64,000 nucleotides of DNA, taken from NCBI GenBank assembly GCA_041910055.1, contig JAYRRP010000004.1, positions 67,804-131,803 on the forward strand, given 5' to 3'. Origin of the DNA: Candidatus Saccharimonadales bacterium (lineage in GTDB: Bacteria > Patescibacteriota > Saccharimonadia > Saccharimonadales > JAYRRP01). The position numbers were made by a program, and so were the translations under genes. Below, in pieces: positions 1 through 11,100 of this stretch (position 1 is its first letter; each line of letters opens with the position of its first letter). The notes beneath the pieces are model-generated. The model was given only the letters and a program-made list of their open reading frames with translations, made no database searches and was not told the origin of the DNA.

Positions 1-101
1 CACATCAATTTATGGTTAATGCTGAGAAAGTTTTGCAGCCAACGCTTGCCCGGTCATTCTTTGGCCCAAGTGTATTCCTGCTCGTGAAGAAAGCCGTCTA
101 A
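1..101 (+). CDS. 3' end of an upstream gene (partial, product unknown)
   Basis: Frame 3 is open from the window edge to TAA at 99-101 (HQFMVNAEKVLQPTLARSFFGPSVFLLVKKAV*). Confidence 0.4.
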   Translation, partial: HQFMVNAEKVLQPTLARSFFGPSVFLLVKKAV

Positions 102-117
102 GGTTTATACTGACTTC

Positions 118-2157
118 ATGGACATCGATAGCCCGGTGACGGCCTTGAGGGGCGTGGGTTCTGTACAACAAAAAAAATTTCTTAAAATTGGCATACAGTC
201 AGTAAAGGATCTGATTACCTATTATCCAAAAAGATATGAAGACTTTTCAAAAACTATAAATTTACGTGCCTTAAAGCCAGGGCAAGTAAGTACACGGGGC
301 ACGATTAGTCATATAGCTGGTCGTTATAGTCGGCGCGGAATACATGTTTGTGAGGCAATTGCCCAGGATACGTCTGGAAGTGTGCGATTGGTGTGGTTTA
401 ATCAGCCATATCGAACAACTACTATCAAAACAGGACAGGAGTATTTTATTACTGGCCAGTTTGGCTTGAAGAACAGCCGGCTTGTAATTACAAACCCTTC
501 GATTGAATTGGTGAGTGAGTTTCCCCTTCATACCGCACGTATTGTGCCTGTGTATCGGCAAACTGAAGGGCTCACTTCGTCCCACATTCGGCGAACCATT
601 CAAGCTGCGAAAAAACTTATTGATGATTTGCCAGAAATTCTACCAGACTGGATAATCAGCCGTTTTCATTTACTGCCACGCAATCGAGCTGTTTGGACTA
701 TTCATTTTCCCACTAACCAAGCTCAGCTGGAAACAGCGCGCTATCGACTTGCTTTTGAAGAACTATTTGAACTTTGCCTAGCCAGTTTATTGAACCTGCG
801 AGAGGTCCAGACGGATGCTGCACCTCGAATACCATTTGTTCAAACCCTGGCCCAGAGATTTGTTGCCAATCTAACCTTTCAACTCACTGATGATCAAAGA
901 CGGGTGGTATGGCAAATTTACCAGGATATGGATCGTACGGTACCAATGAATCGGTTGGTAGAAGGTGATGTAGGAGCAGGTAAAACTGTAGTGGCAGCAA
1001 TGGCGGCAGCAATGGTCATTTCAGAGGGTTTTCAAGTCGCCTTTATGGCACCAACTGAGCTGCTGGCACAACAACATGCTGAGACGTTAGAACAACTTCT
1101 ACAGCCACTGGGATATCAGCAGTCAGTGGGATTGTTGATAGGCAGTCTTAGTGCCCCACAAAAGAAATTAGTTCATTCTAAAATTGCTGATAGATCCCTA
1201 CAGCTAGTGGTGGGCACTCATGCACTTTTGCAAGAAAAAGTAACTCTACCAAAACTGGGACTCGCTATTATTGATGAACAGCATAGGTTTGGCGTAGATC
1301 AGCGAAAGGCTTTGCAAGCCAAAGCTGGCGGTCTTTTGCCTCATTTGCTTACTATGACCGCAACCCCAATTCCTCGTAGTTTGGCCTTGACCGTATACGG
1401 GGAGCTAGATATTTCGATTTTGTTTACAAAACCAGCCAAGCGCAAACCCGTCGAAACCCTTTTGGCGACAACTGCCTCGCGTGCAGAGGTATATAAGAGA
1501 GTTGAACACCAGATTAGTCTTGGCCGACAGGTATTTGTAGTTTGCCCTCTTGTTGACGAAGATGAGTTATCTTCCAAACGATCTGCCCAACAAACTTACC
1601 GTGAGCTGTCGTCTGGCCTATTTGCCCGTCGTCGGGTTGGCTTATTGCATGGCAAAATGAAAGCTGCCCAAAAGACAGCCACTATGCAGCAATTTTTGAA
1701 GCATAAATTAGATATTTTAGTTGCAACTACAGTTATTGAAGTTGGCGTAGATGTTCCGAATGCCACAGTTATGGTTATTGAAAATGCTGATTGGTTTGGG
1801 TTAGCTCAGTTACATCAATTGCGTGGTAGAGTTGGTCGCAGTGAACATCAGGGGTATTGTTTCCTTATCACTAGTGACAATGCTCCACCGAGTCGCCGTT
1901 TGAAGGCTATCGCTGCTTCTACGGATGGCTTTCGTTTATCAGAACTTGATTTGGAAATACGGGGACCCGGTGCGATTTACGGCACTCTGCAGCATGGTCA
2001 GTTGGATCTAAAAGTCGCCTCACTGACTGATACTCAACTGATTGCCAAGGCTCGCAGCGCTGCCCATGAATTCATTGAAGGTGGACATTCTTTGTTACAA
2101 TATAAGGAACTGAGTGGCCGGGTGGCCCGCTTTAAACAAATTACAACTTTGAACTAA
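118..2157 (+). CDS. recG: ATP-dependent DNA helicase RecG
   Basis: GDVGAGKT Walker A, DEQH box, TATPIPR, QLRGRVGR and RGPG motifs; N-terminal wedge region. Confidence 0.97.
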   Translation: MDIDSPVTALRGVGSVQQKKFLKIGIQSVKDLITYYPKRYEDFSKTINLRALKPGQVSTRGTISHIAGRYSRRGIHVCEAIAQDTSGSVRLVWFNQPYRTTTIKTGQEYFITGQFGLKNSRLVITNPSIELVSEFPLHTARIVPVYRQTEGLTSSHIRRTIQAAKKLIDDLPEILPDWIISRFHLLPRNRAVWTIHFPTNQAQLETARYRLAFEELFELCLASLLNLREVQTDAAPRIPFVQTLAQRFVANLTFQLTDDQRRVVWQIYQDMDRTVPMNRLVEGDVGAGKTVVAAMAAAMVISEGFQVAFMAPTELLAQQHAETLEQLLQPLGYQQSVGLLIGSLSAPQKKLVHSKIADRSLQLVVGTHALLQEKVTLPKLGLAIIDEQHRFGVDQRKALQAKAGGLLPHLLTMTATPIPRSLALTVYGELDISILFTKPAKRKPVETLLATTASRAEVYKRVEHQISLGRQVFVVCPLVDEDELSSKRSAQQTYRELSSGLFARRRVGLLHGKMKAAQKTATMQQFLKHKLDILVATTVIEVGVDVPNATVMVIENADWFGLAQLHQLRGRVGRSEHQGYCFLITSDNAPPSRRLKAIAASTDGFRLSELDLEIRGPGAIYGTLQHGQLDLKVASLTDTQLIAKARSAAHEFIEGGHSLLQYKELSGRVARFKQITTLN

Positions 2158-2162
2158 AGATT

Positions 2163-2984
2163 ATGTACTCAGGCACTACACTTACCCCATTATCTGGCCG
2201 TGTTATCGGAGCGCACCAAAAAATTGACCGGGTGGCCCGACGTCACTTGACCAAGATTGCCAAAAGCAACCAGCAGTTTCCTCGTGTGCGGCAAATACTT
2301 CATTTTGAAGGTCACAATGGGCCAGATGCGATAAAGCGCAAGAGCCCGGCCAAAGATGAACCGTGGCACTTTTATAGTCCGTTTGATGAGGCTGACTCCC
2401 AGTTGCTTGACCTTATTAATGATCATTACCGACTACTAGTTGACCATTTACAGAAAAAAAACCACGAACGGGCTGCTTTTGAAGCAGCGTGGTTGGCTCA
2501 TGCAATTGTGGATGGCCTGACTCCTGCCCACCATTACCCTTATGAAGAAAAACTGGAAGAATTACGTGGTGGCAAAACAAACGCGACGCGTGACACTATT
2601 AAGAAAAAACTTGTTGTACCTGGTCAAACACCGCGTCAACGCGTGAAAAACAACTGGAAAGTCTGGGGACCAAAAGGTTTATTGACTACTCATGGTATGT
2701 TCGAGTTTGGCATTGCGACGTTGATTGCACCGATGACATTCTCGGATACTATTCCGACTGCCCAACAAGCCAGTACAGTTGTCCGGATAGGCCCAGTAGA
2801 GTGGTTTAAGCGAGCTGCTCGTGAAATTGCGGTACTGGATATGTATGAGCGATACTACCGACGAGGTTGGACAGCTAAACTAAGCCTCGAAGTAAGACAT
2901 AAATTAGCCCCCACCATTATTAGGGCTGTAGCTTTAGCCTGGTATTGCGCGCTGGTTGAGGCAGGCTTAGAGAAACCTGCGTGA
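2163..2984 (+). CDS. Hypothetical protein, probable zinc-dependent phospholipase C / S1-P1 nuclease fold
   Basis: Ligand pattern H(GAHQ)..D(GPD)..H(WH)..HAIVDGLTPAHH..HGMFE. Confidence 0.6.
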   Translation: MYSGTTLTPLSGRVIGAHQKIDRVARRHLTKIAKSNQQFPRVRQILHFEGHNGPDAIKRKSPAKDEPWHFYSPFDEADSQLLDLINDHYRLLVDHLQKKNHERAAFEAAWLAHAIVDGLTPAHHYPYEEKLEELRGGKTNATRDTIKKKLVVPGQTPRQRVKNNWKVWGPKGLLTTHGMFEFGIATLIAPMTFSDTIPTAQQASTVVRIGPVEWFKRAAREIAVLDMYERYYRRGWTAKLSLEVRHKLAPTIIRAVALAWYCALVEAGLEKPA

Positions 2985-3508
2985 AGATAATAGCTGGCCG
3001 GTTAAAGGGTCATGTCTTTGCCGCCCCGCCAGGTTTCCGAACACATCCAATGGGAGACCGTGTGCGGGCAGGGCTGTTTAATGTGCTGGGTGATGTTGAG
3101 GAACTGCAAATGCTGGATGCTTTTGCTGGTTCCGGCGCGCTTGGCTTTGAAGCGCTTAGTCGGGGTGCACGCCAGATATTGGCTATCGAGGTGGATCGCC
3201 GGGCCCAGGATACTATCAGCAAAAATGTCACAAAATTAGGTTTTACAACAGACCAGTACCACCTAGTACACGCCAATGCTGGCAGCTGGTCTACTAATAA
3301 TCCCCAAGCGTTATTTGACGTAGTGTTTGCAGCTCCTCCCTACGATTCGCTTCAGATTCCTTTAGTGAAAAAGCTTGCCCAACACGTAAAGCCGAGTGGC
3401 CTGTTTGTGCTGGATTGGCCAGGCAACCAACCATTGCCTGAAATAAAAGGATTACAGCTTGTAAAAGATAAATCATATGGTAATGCACAGATTGCCTTTT
3501 ATCGTTAA
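2981..3508 (+). CDS. rsmD: 16S rRNA m2G966 methyltransferase RsmD
   Basis: MKIIAG start, LDAFAGSGALGFEALSRGA SAM motif, APPY. Confidence 0.9.
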   Translation: MKIIAGRLKGHVFAAPPGFRTHPMGDRVRAGLFNVLGDVEELQMLDAFAGSGALGFEALSRGARQILAIEVDRRAQDTISKNVTKLGFTTDQYHLVHANAGSWSTNNPQALFDVVFAAPPYDSLQIPLVKKLAQHVKPSGLFVLDWPGNQPLPEIKGLQLVKDKSYGNAQIAFYR

Positions 3509-3576
3509 CCTTTAAAAAATAAGGGGTAGGTACTTTACTGGCACTCCAAGAAGTTATTACGTACAATAAAGAGCAA

Positions 3577-3661
3577 GGGCGAGTGGTGGAATTGGTAGAC
3601 ACGCATGCCTTAGGAGCATGTACCGCAAGGTGTGGAGGTTCAAGTCCTCTCTCGCCCACCA
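3577..3661 (+). tRNA. tRNA-Leu(TAG)
   Basis: GGGCGAG/CTCGCCC acceptor stem, anticodon loop CTTAGGA, long variable arm, GTTCAAG T-loop, encoded CCA. Confidence 0.96.
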
Positions 3662-3741
3662 GCATATTCACTAGGTTTTGCATCAATTTACTCATATAAG
3701 GCTGGCCTCAAGTAATCCGTTAGAGTATGCTAGACGGTAAT

Positions 3742-5058
3742 ATGGCCTTATCATTGCAGCCTTATAAAGGTGCCCGTGATTTTTATCCGGCAGATAAACG
3801 TTTACAGAAATATTTATTCCATACGATGCGCCGTGTGGTCGAGCATTTTGGCTATGAAGAATACGATGCGCCGATGTTGGAACCATTGGAGCTTTATCTG
3901 GCGAAAACCAGTGAAGAAATTGTACATGAACAAACATATGTCTTCCGTGATCGGGGCGGTCGTGATGTGGTGATCCGTCCCGAAATGACTCCTAGCGTGA
4001 GCCGTATGGTAGCGGCCCGCCGCCAAGAGTTGGCGTATCCTTTGCGACTCTATAGCATTCCTAATCTATGGCGATACGAACGCCCTCAGCGGGGCCGATT
4101 AAGGGAACACTGGCAACTGAACGTCGATCTATTTGGTGTGGAAGGAGTAGAAGCAGAGCATGAAATGCTTATACTGGCCACCGAACTCTTATCTGCTTTT
4201 GGTGCCAAGGCGTCCATGTATTCCATTAGGGTCAATAGTCGTAAATTGACTAAAGAGTTGTTTACCCAAGTACTTGAGTTAAGTGATGTAGAGCAGGCTA
4301 CAATTGCTCGCTTACTGGATAAGAAAGACAAATTAACAGAGGCAGAGTTTGTCTCACAGGCTGAAGCAGTATTTTCACCCTCAGCTCGTGAAGCTGGTAA
4401 ACCAGCCAGATTATTTGGGCTGCTGGAAGCGAAAACAGTCGAGGATTTGCCTGCGTCAATTCGCCACAATGAAGGCGTGGAGAAATTGCGCCAACTTATG
4501 CAGTTGTCAGATGTTACTGGTATTCATAATATTATCTTCGATATCGCTCTGATGCGTGGTTTCGATTATTACACTGATATTGTCTTTGAGGTGTTTGACA
4601 ATGATCCGGCCAATCGGCGCAGCTTATTTGGTGGTGGCCGTTATGACGGATTAGTAGCTCAGTTTGGCGTAGAACCAATTGCAACAGTTGGTTTTGGTGT
4701 GGGCGATGTGATCTTGACGGATTTTCTAGCTACCCATAGCTTACTACCTGATTTCTCAGGGGGGATTGATGCGGCTGTCATTTTAATTGGCAACACCTAC
4801 CTTGCTGCCCAACCACTTCTCCACAGTTTACGTAAACACGGGCTGAACTTGTCTGTTGATATGACGAATCGAAAACCAGCAGTCCAAATAAAACATGCCG
4901 TAAAACGGGGGCTGCCTTACGTTATATTTGTAGGTGAGTCGGAGCTAAAAGATGGTCGCTTTACCCTTAAGGATCTACGGAGTGGTGAGGAACAGCAGCT
5001 AAGTCCGGAAAGGCTTGTTTCGACCATGAAAGATTATAGGAAAAATGACCGCCACTAA
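3742..5058 (+). CDS. hisS: Histidyl-tRNA synthetase (alternative start 3727)
   Basis: KGARDF, RPEMTPS, WRYERPQRGRLRE, RGFDYYT, GGGRYDGL motifs. Confidence 0.96.
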   Translation: MALSLQPYKGARDFYPADKRLQKYLFHTMRRVVEHFGYEEYDAPMLEPLELYLAKTSEEIVHEQTYVFRDRGGRDVVIRPEMTPSVSRMVAARRQELAYPLRLYSIPNLWRYERPQRGRLREHWQLNVDLFGVEGVEAEHEMLILATELLSAFGAKASMYSIRVNSRKLTKELFTQVLELSDVEQATIARLLDKKDKLTEAEFVSQAEAVFSPSAREAGKPARLFGLLEAKTVEDLPASIRHNEGVEKLRQLMQLSDVTGIHNIIFDIALMRGFDYYTDIVFEVFDNDPANRRSLFGGGRYDGLVAQFGVEPIATVGFGVGDVILTDFLATHSLLPDFSGGIDAAVILIGNTYLAAQPLLHSLRKHGLNLSVDMTNRKPAVQIKHAVKRGLPYVIFVGESELKDGRFTLKDLRSGEEQQLSPERLVSTMKDYRKNDRH

Positions 5059-5500
5059 TCACACTGTAACTGGCATGGTGATAGCGACAGCAGTGAAAAC
5101 ACCATGGGCAGCTGTACCCTTGGCCTTTGCTTCGCACTTTCTGCTTGATGCCATACCCCATTTTGGTAACCACCCGGTTATCAATAAGCGTGTCAAAGCG
5201 TTTACTGTTTTTCTAGCAGCCGATATGGCCGTTGCAATGTCGTTATTACTTAGTGTGCTCCTTCTGTCTCCACCTGGTGTTTGGCTAATTGTGGCGTGTG
5301 GCATTATTGCTGCCAGTCCTGATTTAATGTGGATACCCGAATACCTCGCTATGATCTCAAAGAGACCAGTACCAAAAAGCGGTGTCATCAAGAAGTTCCA
5401 TAGCAGTTTGCAAAAAGAACTGCCGAGCGCATTTGCGCTGGAAGCTGTCTGGTTTGTGGTGATGTCCGGCTTATTACTTTGGCTGATGCGGCCAGTCTAG
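5045..5500 (+). CDS. Membrane protein, possible metal-dependent hydrolase (YdjM-like)
   Basis: Four hydrophobic segments; HTVTG, SHFLLDAIPH and PD motifs. Confidence 0.55.
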   Translation: MTATNHTVTGMVIATAVKTPWAAVPLAFASHFLLDAIPHFGNHPVINKRVKAFTVFLAADMAVAMSLLLSVLLLSPPGVWLIVACGIIAASPDLMWIPEYLAMISKRPVPKSGVIKKFHSSLQKELPSAFALEAVWFVVMSGLLLWLMRPV

Positions 5501-5537
5501 GGGTTCTGTCTCAAAGAATCTGTTATAGTGTGTGTCC

Positions 5538-6818
5538 ATGCATATACAACGCACTCAACCATCCGCTACGCGGACACTGCTAGAGATAGCTATTTCTAGT
5601 CAGGAACTACTTCCTATTAAGAAAAGTGTCTTAGCGAAACAAGCAGCCCGTGTATCAGTGCCGGGTTTCCGACCTGGCCGAGCCCCACTTGATCTCGTAG
5701 AAAAACAACTTGACCCGACAATGTTACAAACGGAAGTGGTTCAGGAAGCAGTAAATTTCTTTTACGACCAGGCAGTGCACCAAGAAAATATACGACCTTT
5801 GTCTGACCCGGATATTAGCTTGCGGAAGTTCGTCCCCTATAGTCAGCTTGAATTTGAGGTTGGCATTGATGTATTTGGTGAGATACACTTACCGGAAATT
5901 AAAAAGCTAAAAGTTGAGAAGCAGGTATCTACAGTTCGACCTAAAGATGTAGAAGATGTTTTGCAATCGTTGCGTCGGCAACAAGCTTCTCGCAAGCCAG
6001 CTAAGCGAGCTGCCCAGCTCGGTGACGAAGTGACAATTGACTTTAAAGGTGAAGATAAGGAAGGCCAACCAATTCCTGGAGCAGAAGGAAAAGATTATCC
6101 CCTGGTATTAGGTAGCGGCTCATTCATTCCTGGTTTCGAAGAGGCCATACTAGACATGAAAACGGATGAGAAAAAAAACTTTGAGGTTGTCTTTCCCAAA
6201 GATTACCGCGTTGCTCATTTGCGAGGTCAAACAGTACATTTCAGTCTCCGCGTAAAAAAGACTGAAACCCTTGAGATGCCTGAACTCTCTGATAGTTTTG
6301 CGAGCAAAGTTGGTCCGTTTAAGACTCTCGTTGACCTAAAAAAAGATATAAAGAAACAGCTGCAACAAGAGCGGGAAACGGAAGCAAGGCAAGGCTACGA
6401 GCAAACGCTGCTCGAAACGACTGCGAAAGAAACGACAGCTGCTATTCCTGAGAAATTAATTGATGAACAAACAGAACGATTGGAAAAAGAAGAGCGTAAC
6501 CGTTTAATTCACCAGGGAATAACATGGCAGGAACATTTGAAGGCGGAAGGTATTACTGAAGCAGAACATCGACAACGACAACGACGCCAGGCAACAGAAT
6601 CAATCAAGGTTAGCCTAGTATTAAGTGAATTAGTCAGTCAGCATGATATAGAGGTAACTGAGGACGAGATTACGACACGGCTCCAGTTGCTGAGGGGACA
6701 ATATACTGACCCGGCTATGCTTCGTGAGCTTGATAAACCGGAAAATAAGCAAGAAATTGGCTGGCGTATCCGTAACGAAAAAGCCTTGGCAGTCCTGGTA
6801 AAACTTCATAAAACATGA
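5538..6818 (+). CDS. tig: Trigger factor
   Basis: PGFRPGRAP ribosome-binding motif; FKBP domain with FIPGFEE. Confidence 0.95.
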   Translation: MHIQRTQPSATRTLLEIAISSQELLPIKKSVLAKQAARVSVPGFRPGRAPLDLVEKQLDPTMLQTEVVQEAVNFFYDQAVHQENIRPLSDPDISLRKFVPYSQLEFEVGIDVFGEIHLPEIKKLKVEKQVSTVRPKDVEDVLQSLRRQQASRKPAKRAAQLGDEVTIDFKGEDKEGQPIPGAEGKDYPLVLGSGSFIPGFEEAILDMKTDEKKNFEVVFPKDYRVAHLRGQTVHFSLRVKKTETLEMPELSDSFASKVGPFKTLVDLKKDIKKQLQQERETEARQGYEQTLLETTAKETTAAIPEKLIDEQTERLEKEERNRLIHQGITWQEHLKAEGITEAEHRQRQRRQATESIKVSLVLSELVSQHDIEVTEDEITTRLQLLRGQYTDPAMLRELDKPENKQEIGWRIRNEKALAVLVKLHKT

Positions 6819-6896
6819 TTTAATTGCAGTACTTCAATGGTACATAATGAGGGGATAAGACTCACTAATTAAGGGTGTGGCAGAAATCCAACAAAG

Positions 6897-7241
6897 ATGG
6901 AGCGTTGTAAACACGGTGAAGGAATTCACTTCAGTGGACCAGACTTAAGGGTGGTGGCTCATTCCTTGCATGGAGTAAGAGTATTGACAGAGCACCATGA
7001 AGCAAAGGATAGACTGACAGAGCTATTTGAAAGTGCAGAAGCAGAGAATTCACGGACTACACGAAAAGGCAGGCAACAAGAGGTGGTAGTGGTAGTGGCT
7101 GGAGTCGAAGAAATCATAGTGATTGAGGCGATAAAACAATATTCAGAAAGTCATTTCGATTCGACCGAAGGATTGTTGGCAGCAAAGATAATTGATGACT
7201 ATGAACAAGCTGACCCTCGTAACACACAAAAGTACAATTAG
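6897..7241 (+). CDS. Hypothetical protein (114 aa orphan between tig and clpP)
   Basis: Co-oriented ORF filling the gap; no recognisable motif. Confidence 0.55.
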   Translation: MERCKHGEGIHFSGPDLRVVAHSLHGVRVLTEHHEAKDRLTELFESAEAENSRTTRKGRQQEVVVVVAGVEEIIVIEAIKQYSESHFDSTEGLLAAKIIDDYEQADPRNTQKYN

Positions 7242-7244
7242 TAT

Positions 7245-7271
7245 TTGGCACTCTTGACGTGAGAGTGCTAA
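7245..7271. promoter_or_regulatory. CIRCE element (HrcA operator) overlapping the clpP promoter
   Basis: TTGGCACTC-N9-GAGTGCTAA, one mismatch to TTAGCACTC-N9-GAGTGCTAA; -35 TTGACG (7254-7259) in the spacer, -10 TAGACT (7277-7282) 17 bp away. Confidence 0.88.
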
Positions 7272-7289
7272 ATTAGTAGACTATAGTAT

Positions 7290-7928
7290 ATGAACACGCA
7301 ACTCAATAACCTTAACGAGACCAGACAGATTCTTATTCCCACGGTAATTGAAACTGAGGGAAGAGTTGAACGGGCTTACGATATTTACTCCCGCCTACTC
7401 AAGGATAGGATTATATTTATTGGCGATGATATTAATCCCCACACTGCGAATCTTATCGTGGCTCAATTGTTGTTTTTGGATAACGAAGATGAAGCAAAGG
7501 ATATTTATCTTTATATCAACAGCCCAGGAGGAAGTGTTTATGACGCCCTAGCGGTTTATGACACCATGCGTTATGTGAGGAGTGATATACAAACAGTAGG
7601 AATAGGGGTACAGGCAAGTGCAGCGGCTTTTCTGCTTAGTAGTGGCACCAGGGGAAAGCGTTATTTGTTGCCACATGCGACTGTTATGATTCATCAACCA
7701 TCGAGTGGCACCAGAGGAAAAGTAACAGACCAGGAAATAGATCTGCGTGAGGCTTTACGGGTAAAACGTCTGATGGAAGAGATTATGAGCAAGAATACCG
7801 GCCAGACAACTGCCCGTATCCATGAAGACATGGAGCGGGATTTCTGGATGACAGCCGAGCAAGCCAAGAAATATGGTTTAGTTGATGGGGTAATTGACAG
7901 TCCTCACATTAAAAAGAAAAAGACTTGA
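7290..7928 (+). CDS. clpP: ATP-dependent Clp protease proteolytic subunit
   Basis: [23 protein letters not shown], catalytic Ser (QASAA), His (MIHQP), Asp (ERD). Confidence 0.97.
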   Translation: MNTQLNNLNETRQILIPTVIETEGRVERAYDIYSRLLKDRIIFIGDDINPHTANLIVAQLLFLDNEDEAKDIYLYINSPGGSVYDALAVYDTMRYVRSDIQTVGIGVQASAAAFLLSSGTRGKRYLLPHATVMIHQPSSGTRGKVTDQEIDLREALRVKRLMEEIMSKNTGQTTARIHEDMERDFWMTAEQAKKYGLVDGVIDSPHIKKKKT

Positions 7929-8109
7929 CAATATAATAACGCTGCTTCAGACTACTACACTAAGAAGTAGTGTAAGTTGGGCTGTGCAGGTTATTCACCT
8001 AAAAAGCACCAAAATTCCGGCTTAGGGACCTTCGCACGCGAAAACTACCAAAATAAGCTAATAATTTAGTAATCTTTGGCAAAAGATGCCAAGGGGAGTA
8101 TGGAGAGGT

Positions 8110-11100
8110 ATGGCAGGAGCTTCTACACGTTCACTTAAAAAGAGGCAATATTTTAGCAAAAACACAGACGAGGTCATTCAACTACCAAATTTAGTCGATC
8201 ACCAAAATGCTTCCTTTCAATGGTTTATTGAGCAGGGGCTAGGGGAACTACTGCAGGAAGTAAGTCCAATTGATGACTATACAGGTACAAAGTTATCATT
8301 ATCGTTTACTGATTATCGTTTTGATAAGCCAAAATTAACTGAAGCTGAGGCACGTGAAAACAACGTGAGTTTTGAAGCGCCCCTCAAAGCCACTGTTGAA
8401 CTGACTAACAAAGTAACTGGTGAAATCAAAAAACAAGAAATCTATCTTGGTGATTACCCCTGGATGACTAGTCGGGGCACCTTTGTAATTAATGGTGCAG
8501 AACGAGTGGTAGTTAGTCAACTTATTCGTTCAGCTGGTGTATTCTTTACAGCTGATCCACACGGGACTACTAATTTGTTTGGCGCGAAGGTTATTCCTGG
8601 CCGTGGTGCTTGGTTGGAATTTGAAACTGCTGCTTCAGGGGCTATGTACGTCAAAATCGACCGAAAACGCAAAATTGCTGTCACCACCTTGCTCAGGGCC
8701 TTGGGGCTAAGTGAAGCAGATATGCGTGATAAATTTGCGCATGTAGATAAGGGAAATCTTAATTATTTGGATGCGACACTTGAGAAAGACCCTGCACGTG
8801 GGGTAAACGAAGCACTCATTGAGGTATTCCGTCGTTTGCGGCCGGGTGATCTGGCGACAGTTGAAAACGCGCGCAGCTTACTTGAGAATATGTTCTATAA
8901 CTTCAAACGCTTTGATTTTAGTCGTGTTGGACGCTATAAGATTAATAAGCGTTTGGATCTAAAAGTACCCAATACTATCGAGCATCGTGTGATGCGCTTG
9001 GATGATCTGGTAGCTATTGTGGCGGAAATTATCCGTCTGAACAACACACAGGAAGCTGCAGATGATATTGATAGTCTGGCGAACCGACGGGTGAAACTGG
9101 TTGGTGAATTAGTCCAACGTCAGTTCCGGATTGGTCTTTTGCGCATGGAACGTAATACCAAAGACCGCATGAGTATGAGTGAAATCGAAACTGTTACACC
9201 GGCTCAGCTTATTAATGCTCGACCTGTGGTAGCGGCAGTCAGGGAATTTTTTGCCAGCTCCCAGCTAAGCCAGTTTATGGACCAAATTAACCCGCTAAGT
9301 GAACTTGCACACAAACGACGACTGAGTTCTATGGGTCCAGGTGGGCTGTCTCGGGAACGGGCCGGCTTCGAAGTGAGGGACGCTCACGCTACCCATTATG
9401 GTCGAATCTGCCCTGTAGAAACTCCTGAAGGTGCCAATATTGGCCTAGTGTTAAACTTAGCCAGCTATGCTCGGATTAACGAATATGGTTTTATTGAAAC
9501 ACCCTATCGGAAAGTAGTGAATGCGTTGAGTGCTACAAAAGCTGTTGGTCATATCGCTAGCGTAAATCTCGAAGATAAAGATGGCCGTCTGATAGTAAAG
9601 GCAGGACAGAAGATAACTGCTGCTGATGCTAAGAAATTAGAGCGTGTCAAAGACAGGGCAACATGGCCGATTAAGGCGAAGGTGACAAGCGAAATTGTTT
9701 ACCTTGATGCATCCGAGGAGGACCAGGCTGTTATCGCCAGCGCCGGAGAAGAAGTTGACGAGAGTGGTTATTTTATTAACGAACGTGTTAGCGCAAGAAA
9801 TCGTCTTGTTTCAGGAGAAGTGGATGCAGATGAAGTGACACATATTGACGCTTCGCGGCGTCAAGTGATTGGTTCAAGCGCCGCTCTCATTCCATTTATT
9901 GAGAAAAACTACGTGTACCGTTCGCTTATGGGTAGCAACCAGCAACGGCAAGCTGTCCCATTAATTAATCCAGTGGCACCGATTGTTGGTACTGGCATGG
10001 AAGGCTCTGCTGCCGATAACTCAGGCCAGTTAATACAAGCTGAAGCGGCTGGTGAAGTAACCAAAGCAACAGCCGAAGAAGTAGTGGTGAAGTATAAAGG
10101 CCAGGTAGCTCATTATTATCCTCAGCATTTTGTTCGGAGTAATGAGGGTACATCAATTAATCAGAAAGTGGTAGTGGCTACCGGTCAGAAGGTAGCAAAG
10201 GGCGAAGCGTTGATTGAAGGCATGTCTATTAATAATAGTGAGTTGGCATTAGGAAGAGATCTTGTGGTCGCGTTTATGCCATGGTCAGGCTATAACTTTG
10301 AAGATGCCATCATTATTTCACGCAAACTAGTAGAGGATGACAGCCTTACCTCTGTCCATATTGTTGATTTTATGACTGAGGTGCGTGAAACCAAATTAGG
10401 GCCTGAAATTGTCACACGGGATATACCGAATGTTTCTGAGGAAGCATTGCGTCATCTCGACGAGGACGGAATTGTACGAATTGGAGCTGAAGTTCATCCA
10501 GGTGATATTTTAGTAGGAAAAATAACTCCTAAGGGTGAGCAGGAATTAAGTAGTGAAGAACGCCTGCTACGAGCAATCTTTGGTGAGAAAGCCAAGGAAG
10601 TGCGTGATACTTCACAGCGAATGAGTAATGGCAAACACGGCAAAGTAGTTGGAGTAAAGATATTCAGCCGTGAGCTTGGTCACGATCTCAAAGCAGGTGT
10701 GATTATGCAAATTCAGATATACGTCGCCCAAATGCGGAAGATTGCTGTTGGCGATAAGCTGGGCGGCCGCCATGGCAACAAAGGTGTCATTGCTCGCGTT
10801 CTCCCAACTGAAGACATGCCTTTTATGGAAGATGGAACCCCAGTTGACATCATTCTAAACCCATTGGGGGTGCCTTCCCGTATGAATGTGGGTCAGTTAT
10901 TTGAAACTCACCTTGGCATGGCTGCTAGGGCGTTGGGCATAAAAGTAGCCAGCCCGTCCTTTAATGGTGTACCGACCACAAAAATCCAGGAATTACTCAA
11001 AGAAGCTGGCTTGCCCGATGATGGGAAGCAACAGTTATATGATGGTCGCACTGGAGAACAATTCAAAGAGCGTACCACTGTCGGTAGTATGTATATGATC

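Noticed and set aside
3294-3695. 133-aa minus-strand ORF
   Set aside because: Overlaps tRNA-Leu and rsmD; antisense artefact
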